Below are positions 1 through 7,956 of a stretch of DNA of 32,000 bases, piece after piece. This stretch comes from Kineococcus radiotolerans SRS30216 = ATCC BAA-149. GTDB lineage: Bacteria; Actinomycetota; Actinomycetes; Actinomycetales; Kineococcaceae. Positions within the stretch are counted from its first letter, which is position 1. The number at the start of each line of letters is the position of its first letter. The DNA is taken from contig NC_009664.2 in the NCBI RefSeq assembly GCF_000017305.1, forward strand, positions 810,001 through 842,000, given 5' to 3'. Made by a program: the position numbers and the translations under genes. The notes beneath the pieces were generated by a model. The model was given only the letters and a program-made list of their open reading frames with translations. It made no database searches and was not told the origin of the DNA.

Positions 1-2
1 GC

Positions 3-140
3 ACCCTCGCCGCCCCGGCGCACTGCGCGGGGGCGACGAGCTGCCTGCACCTGGGGCTGCGGGCGGGGGAGGACTACCTGGACCCGCTGGGGCGGCTGCG
101 GGCGGCGGCTCCCGTGCTGCTGCCGCTGGGACGCCCCTAA
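3..140 (+). CDS. C-terminal fragment of a probable M23-family peptidase; the gene starts left of the window
   Basis: Frame 3 is open from the window edge to TAA at 138-140, with G/C-rich third positions. The tail APAHCAGATSCLHLGLRAGEDYLDPLGRLRAAAPVLLPLGRP resembles the CLHWG...YLDPL C-terminus of actinobacterial M23 peptidases, which lie convergent to this locus in relatives (from memory). Confidence 0.45.
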   Translation, partial: TLAAPAHCAGATSCLHLGLRAGEDYLDPLGRLRAAAPVLLPLGRP

Positions 141-175
141 GGGCCGGCGTGGAGGGGTCCTGCCGGTATCGGGGG

Positions 176-1204
176 TCAGTCGGCGTCGGCGAGCTTGCCG
201 CGCAGCTGCAGGACCGCCTTGGTGTGCATCTGGCAGATGCGGGACTCGGTGACCCCGAGGACGCGGCCGATCTCGGCCAGGGTCAGCCCCTCGTAGTAGT
301 AGAGGGTCACCACGATCTTCTCCCGCTCGGGCAGCTGGTTGATCGCCCGGGAGAGGAGGAACTTGGTCTCCTCCTTCTCGAAGGACTGCACCGGGTCCTC
401 GGCCTTGGTGTCCTCTAGGGTGTCGACCAAGGAGAGCTTGTCGCCCTTCTCCCCCGAGACGCTGAGCAGCTCGTCCAGCGCGACGACGTTGACGTAGGAC
501 ACCTGGCTGAAGATGTGGTGCAGCTCGGAGAGCTTGATCTCCATGCGCGCCGCGACCTCCACCTCGGTGGGGGTCCGGTGCAGCTCCGCCTCGAGGGCGG
601 CGTAGGTGCGCTCCACCTCGCGGGCCTTGCTGCGCACCGAGCGCGGGATCCAGTCGATGGAGCGCAGCTCGTCGATGATCGCCCCGCGGATGCGGGAGAT
701 GGCGTAGGTCTCGAACTTGATGGCGCGTTCGATGTCGAACTTCTCGATGGCGTCGATGAGGCCGAAGATGCCGTAGGAGACCAGGTCGGCCTGCTCGATG
801 TTCGGCGGCAGCCCGACCCCGACGCGGCCGGCGACGTACTTGACCAGCGGCGAGTAGTGCATGATCAGCTTCTCGCGGACGACGCCGTCGCCGGAGGCCT
901 TGTACTCCTCCCACATGGCGCGCAGCGCGGCCTCGGCCTGTTCCTGCTCCGGGGTCTGCGGGCCCTTGCGGCTGGTGAACCGGGCGTTGGCCTGCGGCCG
1001 GCCCGCGGGCCGGGTCTCGTCGTCGACGACGTCGCTGCCGTTGGCCGCGGCGGTCGCGGCCTCGACCGCCCGGTTGGTCTTCTCCTCGATCGCCTGCGCC
1101 TGCGTCGTTCCCACGGCGTCGATGGTGAGCTCCTGTCCGTCGTCGACCACCCGCAGGTCCGATCGAGCGGTGGAGGCACGTTCGCGCCCTGCTCCTGCTG
1201 CCAC
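176..1204 (-). CDS. whiG: RNA polymerase sigma factor, WhiG/FliA (sigma-28) family
   Basis: The C-terminal ~250 aa align by eye almost residue for residue with Streptomyces WhiG ([120 protein letters not shown]). Stop TGA is at 178-176. The start is uncertain: GTG at 1204 follows a strong GGGGGGAGGA Shine-Dalgarno, and GTG at 1150 is the alternative. The ORF-track start at 1363 lies inside a xerC relic. Confidence 0.9.
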   Translation of the reverse strand: MAAGAGRERASTARSDLRVVDDGQELTIDAVGTTQAQAIEEKTNRAVEAATAAANGSDVVDDETRPAGRPQANARFTSRKGPQTPEQEQAEAALRAMWEEYKASGDGVVREKLIMHYSPLVKYVAGRVGVGLPPNIEQADLVSYGIFGLIDAIEKFDIERAIKFETYAISRIRGAIIDELRSIDWIPRSVRSKAREVERTYAALEAELHRTPTEVEVAARMEIKLSELHHIFSQVSYVNVVALDELLSVSGEKGDKLSLVDTLEDTKAEDPVQSFEKEETKFLLSRAINQLPEREKIVVTLYYYEGLTLAEIGRVLGVTESRICQMHTKAVLQLRGKLADAD

Positions 1205-1228
1205 GGTGGTCCTCCCCCCGGACCGTCG

Positions 1229-1402
1229 GGCCCGGGGGTGGGCCCGACGGTGCGATCCCCGCGAGCGCTCCGCGGGGACGTGCGTGTCGATCTGCGTCGA
1301 TGACAGCGTAGCGTGACCGAACAACTCCTGTACGCTACGAGTGTCAGCTCCCCCGACGAGCACGCACGTCCCGACCGCCGGCGGCTCAGTCCCCCTTGAC
1401 GT
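1229..1402 (-). pseudogene. xerC: Decayed 3' relic of a XerC-type tyrosine recombinase gene; only the last ~45 codons remain and the catalytic Tyr is replaced by Asp
   Basis: Minus-strand translation [45 protein letters not shown] matches the box II/C-terminal signature GGADLRxVQELLGHxSLxTTQIYTHV...AHPRA. The frame opens only at 1402. The nucleophile position is GAC (Asp) at 1288-1286. Many codons end in A/T, unlike the neighbouring genes, and there is no stop after AHPRA. Confidence 0.7.
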
Positions 1403-2555
1403 TCACGACCTGACGCAGGGTGTGCCGGATCTCCACCAGGTCGGCGGCGTCGGCCATGACCCGGTCGATGTCCTTGTAGGCGGCCGGGATCTCGTCGAGG
1501 AACGCGTCGGTGTCGCGGTACTCGATGCCCCGCATGGCCTCCCGCAACTGCTCGCGGGTGAACGTGCGGCGCGCCGCGGACCGGCTGAACTCCCGCCCCG
1601 CCCCGTGGGGCGAGGAGTCCAGCGCCAGCCGGTTGCCCTTGCCCACCACGACGTAGCTCGCCGTGCCCATCGACCCCGGCACGAGGCCGGGGCGGCCGGC
1701 GTCGGCGCGGATCGCGCCCTTCCGCGACAGCCACACCTCGCGACCGAAGTGCCGCTCGCGCTCGGTGTAGTTGTGGTGGCAGTTGATGCGCTCCTGCTCC
1801 TGCACCGGTTCCCCCAGGAAGTCCGAGAGGCGGGCCGCGACGCGGTCCATCATCTCCTCGCGGTTGAGCAGGGCGAAGTGCTGCGCCCAGCGCAGGTCGG
1901 CCACGTAGTCGTCGAACTCCGCGGTGCCCTCCACCAGGTAGGCGAGGTCGCGGTCGGGCAGGTCGACGAACCACTGCGCGCACAGCCGCTGCGCGACGGC
2001 GATGTGGTGGCTCGCGAGCTTGTTGCCCGGCCCGCGCGAGCCGGAGTGCAGGAAGAGCCAGACCGCCCCGGTCTCGTCGAGGGACACCTCGATGAAGTGG
2101 TTGCCGGAGCCGAGCGTCCCCAGCGCGGTGCGCCACTTCGGCGCCAGCGCCTCGCGGAACCCCGCGCGCTCGGGGTGCAGGGCCTCCAGCTCGGCGACCC
2201 GCGGCTGCGCGGTGGCCGAGACGTCGCGGTTGGCCGCTCCGGCCGACAGCGGCACGCTGCGCTCGATCGCCTCGCGCAGCACCGACAGGTCGCGGCCGGC
2301 GAGGTCCCCGGCCCGGAACTGCGTCCGGACCGCGATCATCCCGCACCCGATGTCCACCCCGACCGCGGCCGGGATGATCGCGCCGTCGGTCGGGATGACC
2401 GAGCCGACCGTCGCCCCCTTGCCCAGGTGGGCGTCGGGCATGAGGGCGATGTGCGGGTGGATGAACGGCATGGTGGAGGCGGTCTCGGCCTGCCGGCGCG
2501 TCTTCTCCTCCAGGATCGACGCCCAGTTCACCAGCTTGCCGTTGATCCGCTCCAC
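1386..2555 (-). CDS. rtcB: RNA-splicing ligase RtcB (3'-phosphate/5'-hydroxyl RNA ligase), 389 aa
   Basis: Motifs [46 protein letters not shown] and PHGAGR are all present. GTG at 2555 follows GGGGAGGG by 7 nt. The N-terminus [19 protein letters not shown] matches other actinobacterial RtcB. The 694-aa ORF-track version is an upstream extension running through dprA in another frame. Confidence 0.93.
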   Translation of the reverse strand: MERINGKLVNWASILEEKTRRQAETASTMPFIHPHIALMPDAHLGKGATVGSVIPTDGAIIPAAVGVDIGCGMIAVRTQFRAGDLAGRDLSVLREAIERSVPLSAGAANRDVSATAQPRVAELEALHPERAGFREALAPKWRTALGTLGSGNHFIEVSLDETGAVWLFLHSGSRGPGNKLASHHIAVAQRLCAQWFVDLPDRDLAYLVEGTAEFDDYVADLRWAQHFALLNREEMMDRVAARLSDFLGEPVQEQERINCHHNYTERERHFGREVWLSRKGAIRADAGRPGLVPGSMGTASYVVVGKGNRLALDSSPHGAGREFSRSAARRTFTREQLREAMRGIEYRDTDAFLDEIPAAYKDIDRVMADAADLVEIRHTLRQVVNVKGD

Positions 2556-2659
2556 GGCGGTTCCCTCCCCTTGCGTCCGATGAGCCTGCACGGCAACGTC
2601 TTCCGCGCCAGGCACGAGGATCGACGGTACCCGCCCGGCGTGGCGCCGCCCACTGCTTT

Positions 2660-3847
2660 TCACCCCGGCACCCCCGACCGCCAGCCGCCGGGGACGCGCA
2701 CCGCGATCCCGGACAGCTCCAGGCGGCCGAGGACCGACTGCACGACCGCCAGCTCCAGACCCGCGTCGAGGACGAGGCGTTCGAGGTCGCAGCCGCCCCG
2801 CCGCGGCAGGCACTCCGCGACCCGCAGCTCGTCGCGGTCGAGGCCGTCGAACGCCCGGCGCTCGACGCTGCGGACCGGCGCCGGTTCCCGTCCCAGCTCC
2901 CCGAGGAGCTCCGCGACCTCGTCCGCGCTCGTGACGCACACCGCACCGCGCTCGCGGAGCAGCCGGTGGCACCCCGCCGACGCCGGGGAGGTCACCGGGC
3001 CCGGGACGGCCCCCACCGGCCGCAGCAGCCGTTCCGCCCGGTCCGCGGTGGACAGCGCGCCGGAGCGCCAGGCCGCCTCCACCACGACCGTCCCGCTGGT
3101 GAGGGCCGCGATCAGCCGGTTGCGCTCCAGGAAGCGCCACCGGGTGGGGGTCGACCCCGGGGGCACCTCGCTGACCAGGGCCCCGCGCTCGGCCAGCCGG
3201 GCCAGCAGCGCGGCGTTGCCCGGCGGGTAGCTGCGGTCCACCCCGCAGGCCAGCACGGCCACGCTCACGCCCCCGACCGCGAGCGCCGCGCGGTGGGCCG
3301 CCGCGTCGATGCCGAAGGCGCCGCCGCTGACGACGGCGAACCGGCGGTCGGCCAGGCCGGCGGCCAGCTCGGAGGTGACGTGCTGACCGTAGGCGGTGGC
3401 GGCCCGGGCCCCCACGAGGGCGGCGCTGCGGGCGGTGACCTCCCGCAGGTGGGCGGGACCGCGCACCCACAGGCAGAACGGCGCCCCCAGCGGCCGTTCA
3501 CCGCCGGCGTCGCGGTCGAGGTCCTCCAGGCGCCCCGGCCACTCGTCGTCGCCGGGGACGACCAGCCGCCCGCCGGCGGCGCGGGCGGCGGCGAGGTCGC
3601 CGGCGGGATCGGCCTCGCGCGAGCGGGTCCGCCAGCGGTCGGGACCGCGCCCGGCGAGGACGGCCTCCAGCGCGGTGACCGCGCCCACCTCGGCGACCAG
3701 GTGGGCCGCGGCGGCGTCGCCGGGTTCGGCCAGCCGGCTCCAGGCCGCCCGGGCCAGCCGGTCGTCCTCCAGGGCGGCCCGCAGCGCGGCGGGGACGGGC
3801 CCGGCCGGCGGCACCGCCGCCCGGCCGGGGCCGGAGCGGCGGTTCAC
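2660..3847 (-). CDS. dprA: DNA-processing protein DprA/Smf
   Basis: Rossmann-like DprA core (VVSGGAFGIDAAAHRAALAVGG, TVAVLACGVDRSYPPGN, LVSEVPPGSTPTRWRFLERNRLIAAL, VVVEAAWRSGALSTA). The GTG start at 3847 overlaps the upstream stop by 4 nt (GTGA). Confidence 0.9.
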   Translation of the reverse strand: MNRRSGPGRAAVPPAGPVPAALRAALEDDRLARAAWSRLAEPGDAAAAHLVAEVGAVTALEAVLAGRGPDRWRTRSREADPAGDLAAARAAGGRLVVPGDDEWPGRLEDLDRDAGGERPLGAPFCLWVRGPAHLREVTARSAALVGARAATAYGQHVTSELAAGLADRRFAVVSGGAFGIDAAAHRAALAVGGVSVAVLACGVDRSYPPGNAALLARLAERGALVSEVPPGSTPTRWRFLERNRLIAALTSGTVVVEAAWRSGALSTADRAERLLRPVGAVPGPVTSPASAGCHRLLRERGAVCVTSADEVAELLGELGREPAPVRSVERRAFDGLDRDELRVAECLPRRGGCDLERLVLDAGLELAVVQSVLGRLELSGIAVRVPGGWRSGVPG

Positions 3848-5397
3848 GCCGCGGCTCCCGCGGCCGGGGTGCCGCGCAGGGCCAGGGCCCGGCCGACGTC
3901 GTCGCGGCCCGGGGCGTCCGCCCCGCGCAGGTCGGCGACGGTCCAGGCCACCCGCAGGACGCGGTCCACCCCGCGCAGGGTCAGGACCCCGCGGTCCAGG
4001 GCCCGGTCGAGGTCGGTGGTGACCGCGGGGGGCAGCCGCAGCGGTCCCCGCAGCACCGGCCCGCGCAGGTCCCCGTTGGTGCGGATCCCGTGCCGGCGCA
4101 GCCGTTCCTCCTGCACGGCGCGGGCCGCGGCGACGCGGGCCGCCACCACGGCGCTGGTCTCACCGGCGCCGCCCTCGGCGACCTCGGCCCGCGTGACGGC
4201 CTGCACCTGCAGCTGGACGTCGACCCGGTCCAGGAGGGGACCGGACAGCTTCGCCGCGTAGCGGCGGCGGGCCTGGGAGCTGCAGGTGCAGTCCAGCCCC
4301 TTGCCGGTGGACCGCCCGCACGGGCAGGGGTTGGCGGCCAGGACGAGCTGGAAGCGCGCCGGGTAGCGGGCGGTCCCCCGGGCCCGGTGCAGCACGAGCT
4401 CGCCCTGCTCCAGGGGCTGGCGCAGGGCGTCCAGGACGCGGGCCTCGAACTCGGGGGCCTCGTCGAGGAAGAGGACGCCGCGGTGCGCGCGCGAGGCCGC
4501 ACCCGGGCGGGGGACGCCGCTGCCGCCCCCGACGACGGAGGCGACCGACGCGGTGTGGTGGGGGTCCTCGTAGGGCGGGCGGGTGATGAGGGCCGTCCCC
4601 GCCCGTCCCCGCAGGGTCCCCGCGACGGAGTGAACGGCGGTCACCTCCAGGGCGGCCTCCTCGTCGAGGTCCGGCAGCAGACCGGGCAGCCGCGCGGCCA
4701 GCATCGTCTTGCCGGCCCCCGGGGGGCCGTTCATCAGCAGGTGGTGGGCGCCGGCTGCGGCCACCTCGAGGGCGAAGCGCGCCTCGGGCTGGCCGACGAC
4801 GTCGGCGAGGTCGCGCACCGCGCCGGGGCGGCGCGGCTGCGGCGGGGTGAAGGTGCGCGGGGGGTCGGGCAGCTCCAGCGGGGGGTCGCCGCGGTAGTCC
4901 GCGACGAGCTGGGCCAGCCACCGCACGGCGCGCACGCTGACGCCGGGGACCAGGGCCGCTTCCTCGGCGCTGGCCTCGGGGACCACGACGCGGCGGACAC
5001 CGGCGCGGGCGGCGGCCAGGACCGCCGGCAGCACCCCGTCCACCGCGCGGACGCTGCCGTCCAGGCCGAGCTCGCCCAGGTGCACGGCCTCGGCCGACGC
5101 CTCCGGCGGGAGCACCCCCGCGGCGGTGAGCACCGCCACGGCCACGGCGAGGTCGAAGCCGGAGCCGTTCTTGGGCAGCGTCGCGGGTGAGAGGTTGACG
5201 GTGATCCGCTGCTGGGGCAGCGGGAACCCGGAGTTGGCCGCGGCGGCGCGCACCCGGTCCTTGGCCTCGTGCAGCGAGGCGTCGGGCAGCCCGACGAGGA
5301 CGAAGGCCGGCAGGCCCGTGGAGATGTCGGCCTCGACCTCGACGAGGTGCCCGTCGAGGCCGACCAGACCCACGGCCAGGGACCGCGCGAGGGCCAT
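3844..5397 (-). CDS. yifB: YifB/ComM-family Mg-chelatase-like AAA+ ATPase, 517 aa
   Basis: N-terminal Lon-like domain (MALARSLAVGLVGLDGHLVEVEADISTGLPAFVLVGLPD), Walker A GPPGAGKT, Walker B GVLFLDEAPEF and the zinc-cluster region CPCG...CTC. ATG at 5397 overlaps the yraN stop (ATGA). The ORF-track extension to 5607 is not coding. Confidence 0.9.
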   Translation of the reverse strand: MALARSLAVGLVGLDGHLVEVEADISTGLPAFVLVGLPDASLHEAKDRVRAAAANSGFPLPQQRITVNLSPATLPKNGSGFDLAVAVAVLTAAGVLPPEASAEAVHLGELGLDGSVRAVDGVLPAVLAAARAGVRRVVVPEASAEEAALVPGVSVRAVRWLAQLVADYRGDPPLELPDPPRTFTPPQPRRPGAVRDLADVVGQPEARFALEVAAAGAHHLLMNGPPGAGKTMLAARLPGLLPDLDEEAALEVTAVHSVAGTLRGRAGTALITRPPYEDPHHTASVASVVGGGSGVPRPGAASRAHRGVLFLDEAPEFEARVLDALRQPLEQGELVLHRARGTARYPARFQLVLAANPCPCGRSTGKGLDCTCSSQARRRYAAKLSGPLLDRVDVQLQVQAVTRAEVAEGGAGETSAVVAARVAAARAVQEERLRRHGIRTNGDLRGPVLRGPLRLPPAVTTDLDRALDRGVLTLRGVDRVLRVAWTVADLRGADAPGRDDVGRALALRGTPAAGAAA

Positions 5398-5765
5398 CAG
5401 GAGACCCCCGCGACGTGCTGGACGGTGGCCGGACCCCGCTCGGGGACCGTGACGGCGACGACGTCGAGCCGGACGCGCGGGGGGTTGACGCCCGGGTGGG
5501 CCGCCAGCCACTCCCCCGTCAGCCGCCGCAGCCGCGCCAGCTTCTGCGGGGTCACCGCCTCCAGCGCCGTCCCGGCGCTGACGCTGCGCCGGGTCTTCAC
5601 CTCGCACACGACGAGGCAGTCCCCGTCCCGGGCCACCACGTCGATCTCACCGGACCGGCAGCGCCAGTTCCTGTCCAGGACGGTCATCCCCGCCTCGGTC
5701 AGCCGCCGGACGGCCACCCGTTCCCCGTACTGCCCCACGGCGTCCTTCGCGCGCACGTGCACCAC
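5397..5765 (-). CDS. yraN: YraN/UPF0102 family endonuclease-fold protein
   Basis: 122 aa. GERVAVRRLTEAGMTVLDRNWRCRSGEIDVVARDGDCLVVCEVKTR is the typical YraN restriction-endonuclease-like core. It occupies the conserved position upstream of yifB and dprA. Confidence 0.85.
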   Translation of the reverse strand: MVHVRAKDAVGQYGERVAVRRLTEAGMTVLDRNWRCRSGEIDVVARDGDCLVVCEVKTRRSVSAGTALEAVTPQKLARLRRLTGEWLAAHPGVNPPRVRLDVVAVTVPERGPATVQHVAGVS

Positions 5766-5860
5766 CTCCGGGGAGGAGGCTGCCGCCGGCGGGGCACGGC
5801 ACCCGATCCGGACGGCGGAGCCTGTGGAGGACGGGGACGGGGGGCCCGCTGTGCGGCCCG

Positions 5861-5915
5861 CGGCGTCCTCACGGCGTCCTCACGGCGTCACTGCGGCGTC
5901 ATCGCGGCGTGGTTG
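5861..5915. repeat. Five head-to-tail 11-bp direct repeats: CGGCGTCCTCA x2, CGGCGTCACTG, CGGCGTCATCG, CGGCGTGGTTG
   Basis: Read directly from the sequence. The period is exactly 11 bp, with a conserved CGGCGT core and a variable 3' half. It lies 96-150 nt upstream of the yraN start, in a 307-bp spacer with no credible ORF. Confidence 0.9.
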
Positions 5916-5930
5916 CGCGGGGCGGGGGAA

Positions 5931-5979
5931 CGGGACGCGCCTCAACGACCCCCCGGCAGTGGGGCGCGTCCCGCGGGAC
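5931..5979. repeat. Perfect 11-bp inverted repeat (CGGGACGCGCC, 21-nt spacer, GGCGCGTCCCG) overlapping a 12-bp palindrome GTCCCGCGGGAC
   Basis: Arms at 5931-5941 and 5963-5973 are exact reverse complements. The palindrome is at 5968-5979. The element lies ~95-140 nt downstream of the DUF2469 stop on the minus strand. Confidence 0.8.
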
Positions 5980-6072
5980 GATCATCCCACACCTCAGAAG
6001 CTCCGACGATCGGCCGATCCACCGCGCGGATGAGATGCGCGGATCCGGCCGTCGCGGACCAGCGGCCACGGG

Positions 6073-6399
6073 TCAGCGGTCGCGCAGCTCCGGGGTGTCG
6101 GGCACCTCGATGTCGCGCTTCTGCAGCTCCTCGACGTTGACGTCCTTGAACGTCACGACGCGCACGTCGCGCACGAACCGCGCCGGGCGGTACACGTCCC
6201 ACACCCACGCGTCGTGCAGGGTGACCTCGAAGTACGTCTCGCCGTCGGCGGTCCGCACCTGCAGGTCGACCGAGTTGGCGAGGTAGAAGCGCCGTTCGGT
6301 CTCGACCACGTAGGAGAAGAGCGACACGACGTCCCGGTACTCGCGGTAGAGCTGAAGCTCCATCTCGGTCTCGTAGTTCTCGAGGTCCTCGGCGCTCAC
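6073..6399 (-). CDS. DUF2469-family conserved actinobacterial protein
   Basis: 108 aa. (V/M)SAEDLENYETEMELQLYREYRDVV...RFYLAN...FEV is the hallmark of the small protein that follows rnhB in actinobacteria. GTG start at 6399, 7 nt after the rnhB stop. Confidence 0.85.
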   Translation of the reverse strand: MSAEDLENYETEMELQLYREYRDVVSLFSYVVETERRFYLANSVDLQVRTADGETYFEVTLHDAWVWDVYRPARFVRDVRVVTFKDVNVEELQKRDIEVPDTPELRDR

Positions 6400-6406
6400 G
6401 GGACCA

Positions 6407-7195
6407 TCATGCCCCTCGGGGCGACGAGGTGTCGGAGGTGACGTCCACGAGCGCGTCGCCCGGCCCCGACCGGGGCGCGGGGACCCCGGCGGCCGCGGCG
6501 ACCCCGGGCAGCCGCCAGCTGCGGCGGTGCTGGGGGCAAGCGCCGTGCGCGGCGAGCGCCTCGAGGTGGTCCGGCGCGCTGTAGCCCTTGTTGCCGGCCC
6601 AGCCGTAGTGCGGGAACTCCTCGTGGCGCGCGGTCATCAGCGCGTCGCGGGTCGTCTTGGCCAGCACGCTGGCCCCGGCGACCGCCGCGCAGGTCACGTC
6701 GGCCTTGACGCGGGTCGTCACCGCCGGCGCCGGGCAGGGCAGTCCCGCGGCGGGGTCGCCGAGCCCGTCGAGCGCGTCGAGCAGGGAGGGTTCGCGCGGG
6801 TCGCTCAGCCAGTCGTGGTTGCCGTCGAGGATCACCAGGTCGGGCGGGACGGGCAGCTGGGCCAGGGCGCGCCGCCCCGCCAGCCGCAGCGCGGCGACGA
6901 TGCCCACGGCGTCGATCTCGCCCGGTTCGGCGTGCCCGACGGCGGAGGCGACCGCCCAGCGCCGGACCTTGGGGGCCAGGGCCTCGCGCGCGGCGGGGGT
7001 GAGGAGCTTGGAGTCGCGCAGACCGGTGGGGGCGGTGCGGGTCGCGGCGTCCACGACGAGCACCCCCACGCTCACCGGGCCGGCCAGCGAGCCGCGGCCG
7101 ACCTCGTCGACGCCCGCGACGAGGGCGTGCCCGGCGCGCAGGAACTGCCGCTCCAGGCGCAGGGAGGGCGGGACCCGTCCGCCGGCGGGGCTCAC
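6407..7195 (-). CDS. rnhB: Ribonuclease HII, 262 aa
   Basis: Catalytic N-terminal motif [16 protein letters not shown], plus DSKLLT and the C-terminal [11 protein letters not shown] region. GTG at 7195 overlaps the lepB stop (GTGA). The ORF-track extension to 7510 is out-of-frame shadow over lepB. Confidence 0.9.
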
Positions 7196-7956
7196 TTCGT
7201 CCCCGGGACGCCGCCGACCCCGTCGAACCCGGACTGGTGCCCCAGCCAGGCCCAGTGCGGCAGGGGCCACACGACCGCGTGGGCGCGGCCCACGACGAGG
7301 TCGACGGGCACGAAGCCGTGGTAGGGCTCGGAGTCGGTGTTGTAGCGGGAGTCCGCGGACTCGGGCCGGTTGTCGCCCATGACCCACAGCTCGCCCTCGG
7401 GGACGACGACGTCGAAGGCGCGTTCGCTGGGGACGGCCCCGGCCGCGAGGTAGGCCGACTCGTCCACCGGGGTGTCGTTCACGGTGATGAGCCCCTGCGC
7501 GTCGCAGCACACGACGTGGTCACCGGGCAGACCGACGACGCGCTTGATGAGGTGGTCGTCGGAGTCCTCGGGCAGCAGCCCCACGAAGGTCAGGACCTCC
7601 GCCACGACCGTCCCCACCGCTCCCCGGCGGGTCGGGGCGGTCTCCCCCAGCCAGCCCCCGGGGTCGGAGAAGACGACGACGTCGCCGCGGTGCAGCTCGA
7701 AGGGGCCGGGGGTGAGCTTGCTGACGATGACGCGGTCACCGATGTCGAGGGTCTGCTCCATCGACTGCGAGGGGATGAAGAAGGCCTGCAGGAGGAACGT
7801 CTTGACGACGAGCGAGACCACCAGGGCGACCGCGACGACGAGCACGGTCTCCTTGACCGCGGCGAGCACCCCGCCGCCCGGGGACCGCCGTGCCGGGGGG
7901 CGCGGGCCCGTGGGCTCCTGCGCGGCGTCCTGCTGCGCACCCTGGTCTGCACTCAC
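7192..7956 (-). CDS. lepB: Signal peptidase I, downstream paralogue, 254 aa
   Basis: One N-terminal TM segment ([14 protein letters not shown]), the Ser box [10 protein letters not shown], the Lys box [13 protein letters not shown] and box [16 protein letters not shown] at 7956 overlaps the stop of the upstream lepB (GTGA). Confidence 0.9.

Noticed and set aside
145-154. A third copy of the 10-mer CGGCGTGGAG, also present twice at 18382-18401, which might indicate a dispersed motif.
   Set aside because: A rough composition-based estimate suggests an extra chance occurrence of such a GC-rich 10-mer in 64 kb of two-strand sequence is not unlikely. It is kept only as a note under the amtB leader repeat.
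2556-3470. N-terminal 305-aa extension of the rtcB ORF (1386-3470). Similar upstream extensions affect yifB (to 5607), rnhB (to 7510), lepB (to 8430), the KH protein (to 11114), rpsP (to 11472), glnK (to 18149), smc (to 23917), the 144-aa hypothetical (to 26347) and rhaEW (from 26972).
   Set aside because: The extensions overlap the upstream gene out of frame and are Arg/Gly/Pro-rich nonsense. The homologous protein families start at the internal start codons, which also have Shine-Dalgarno sequences or 4-nt stop/start overlaps.
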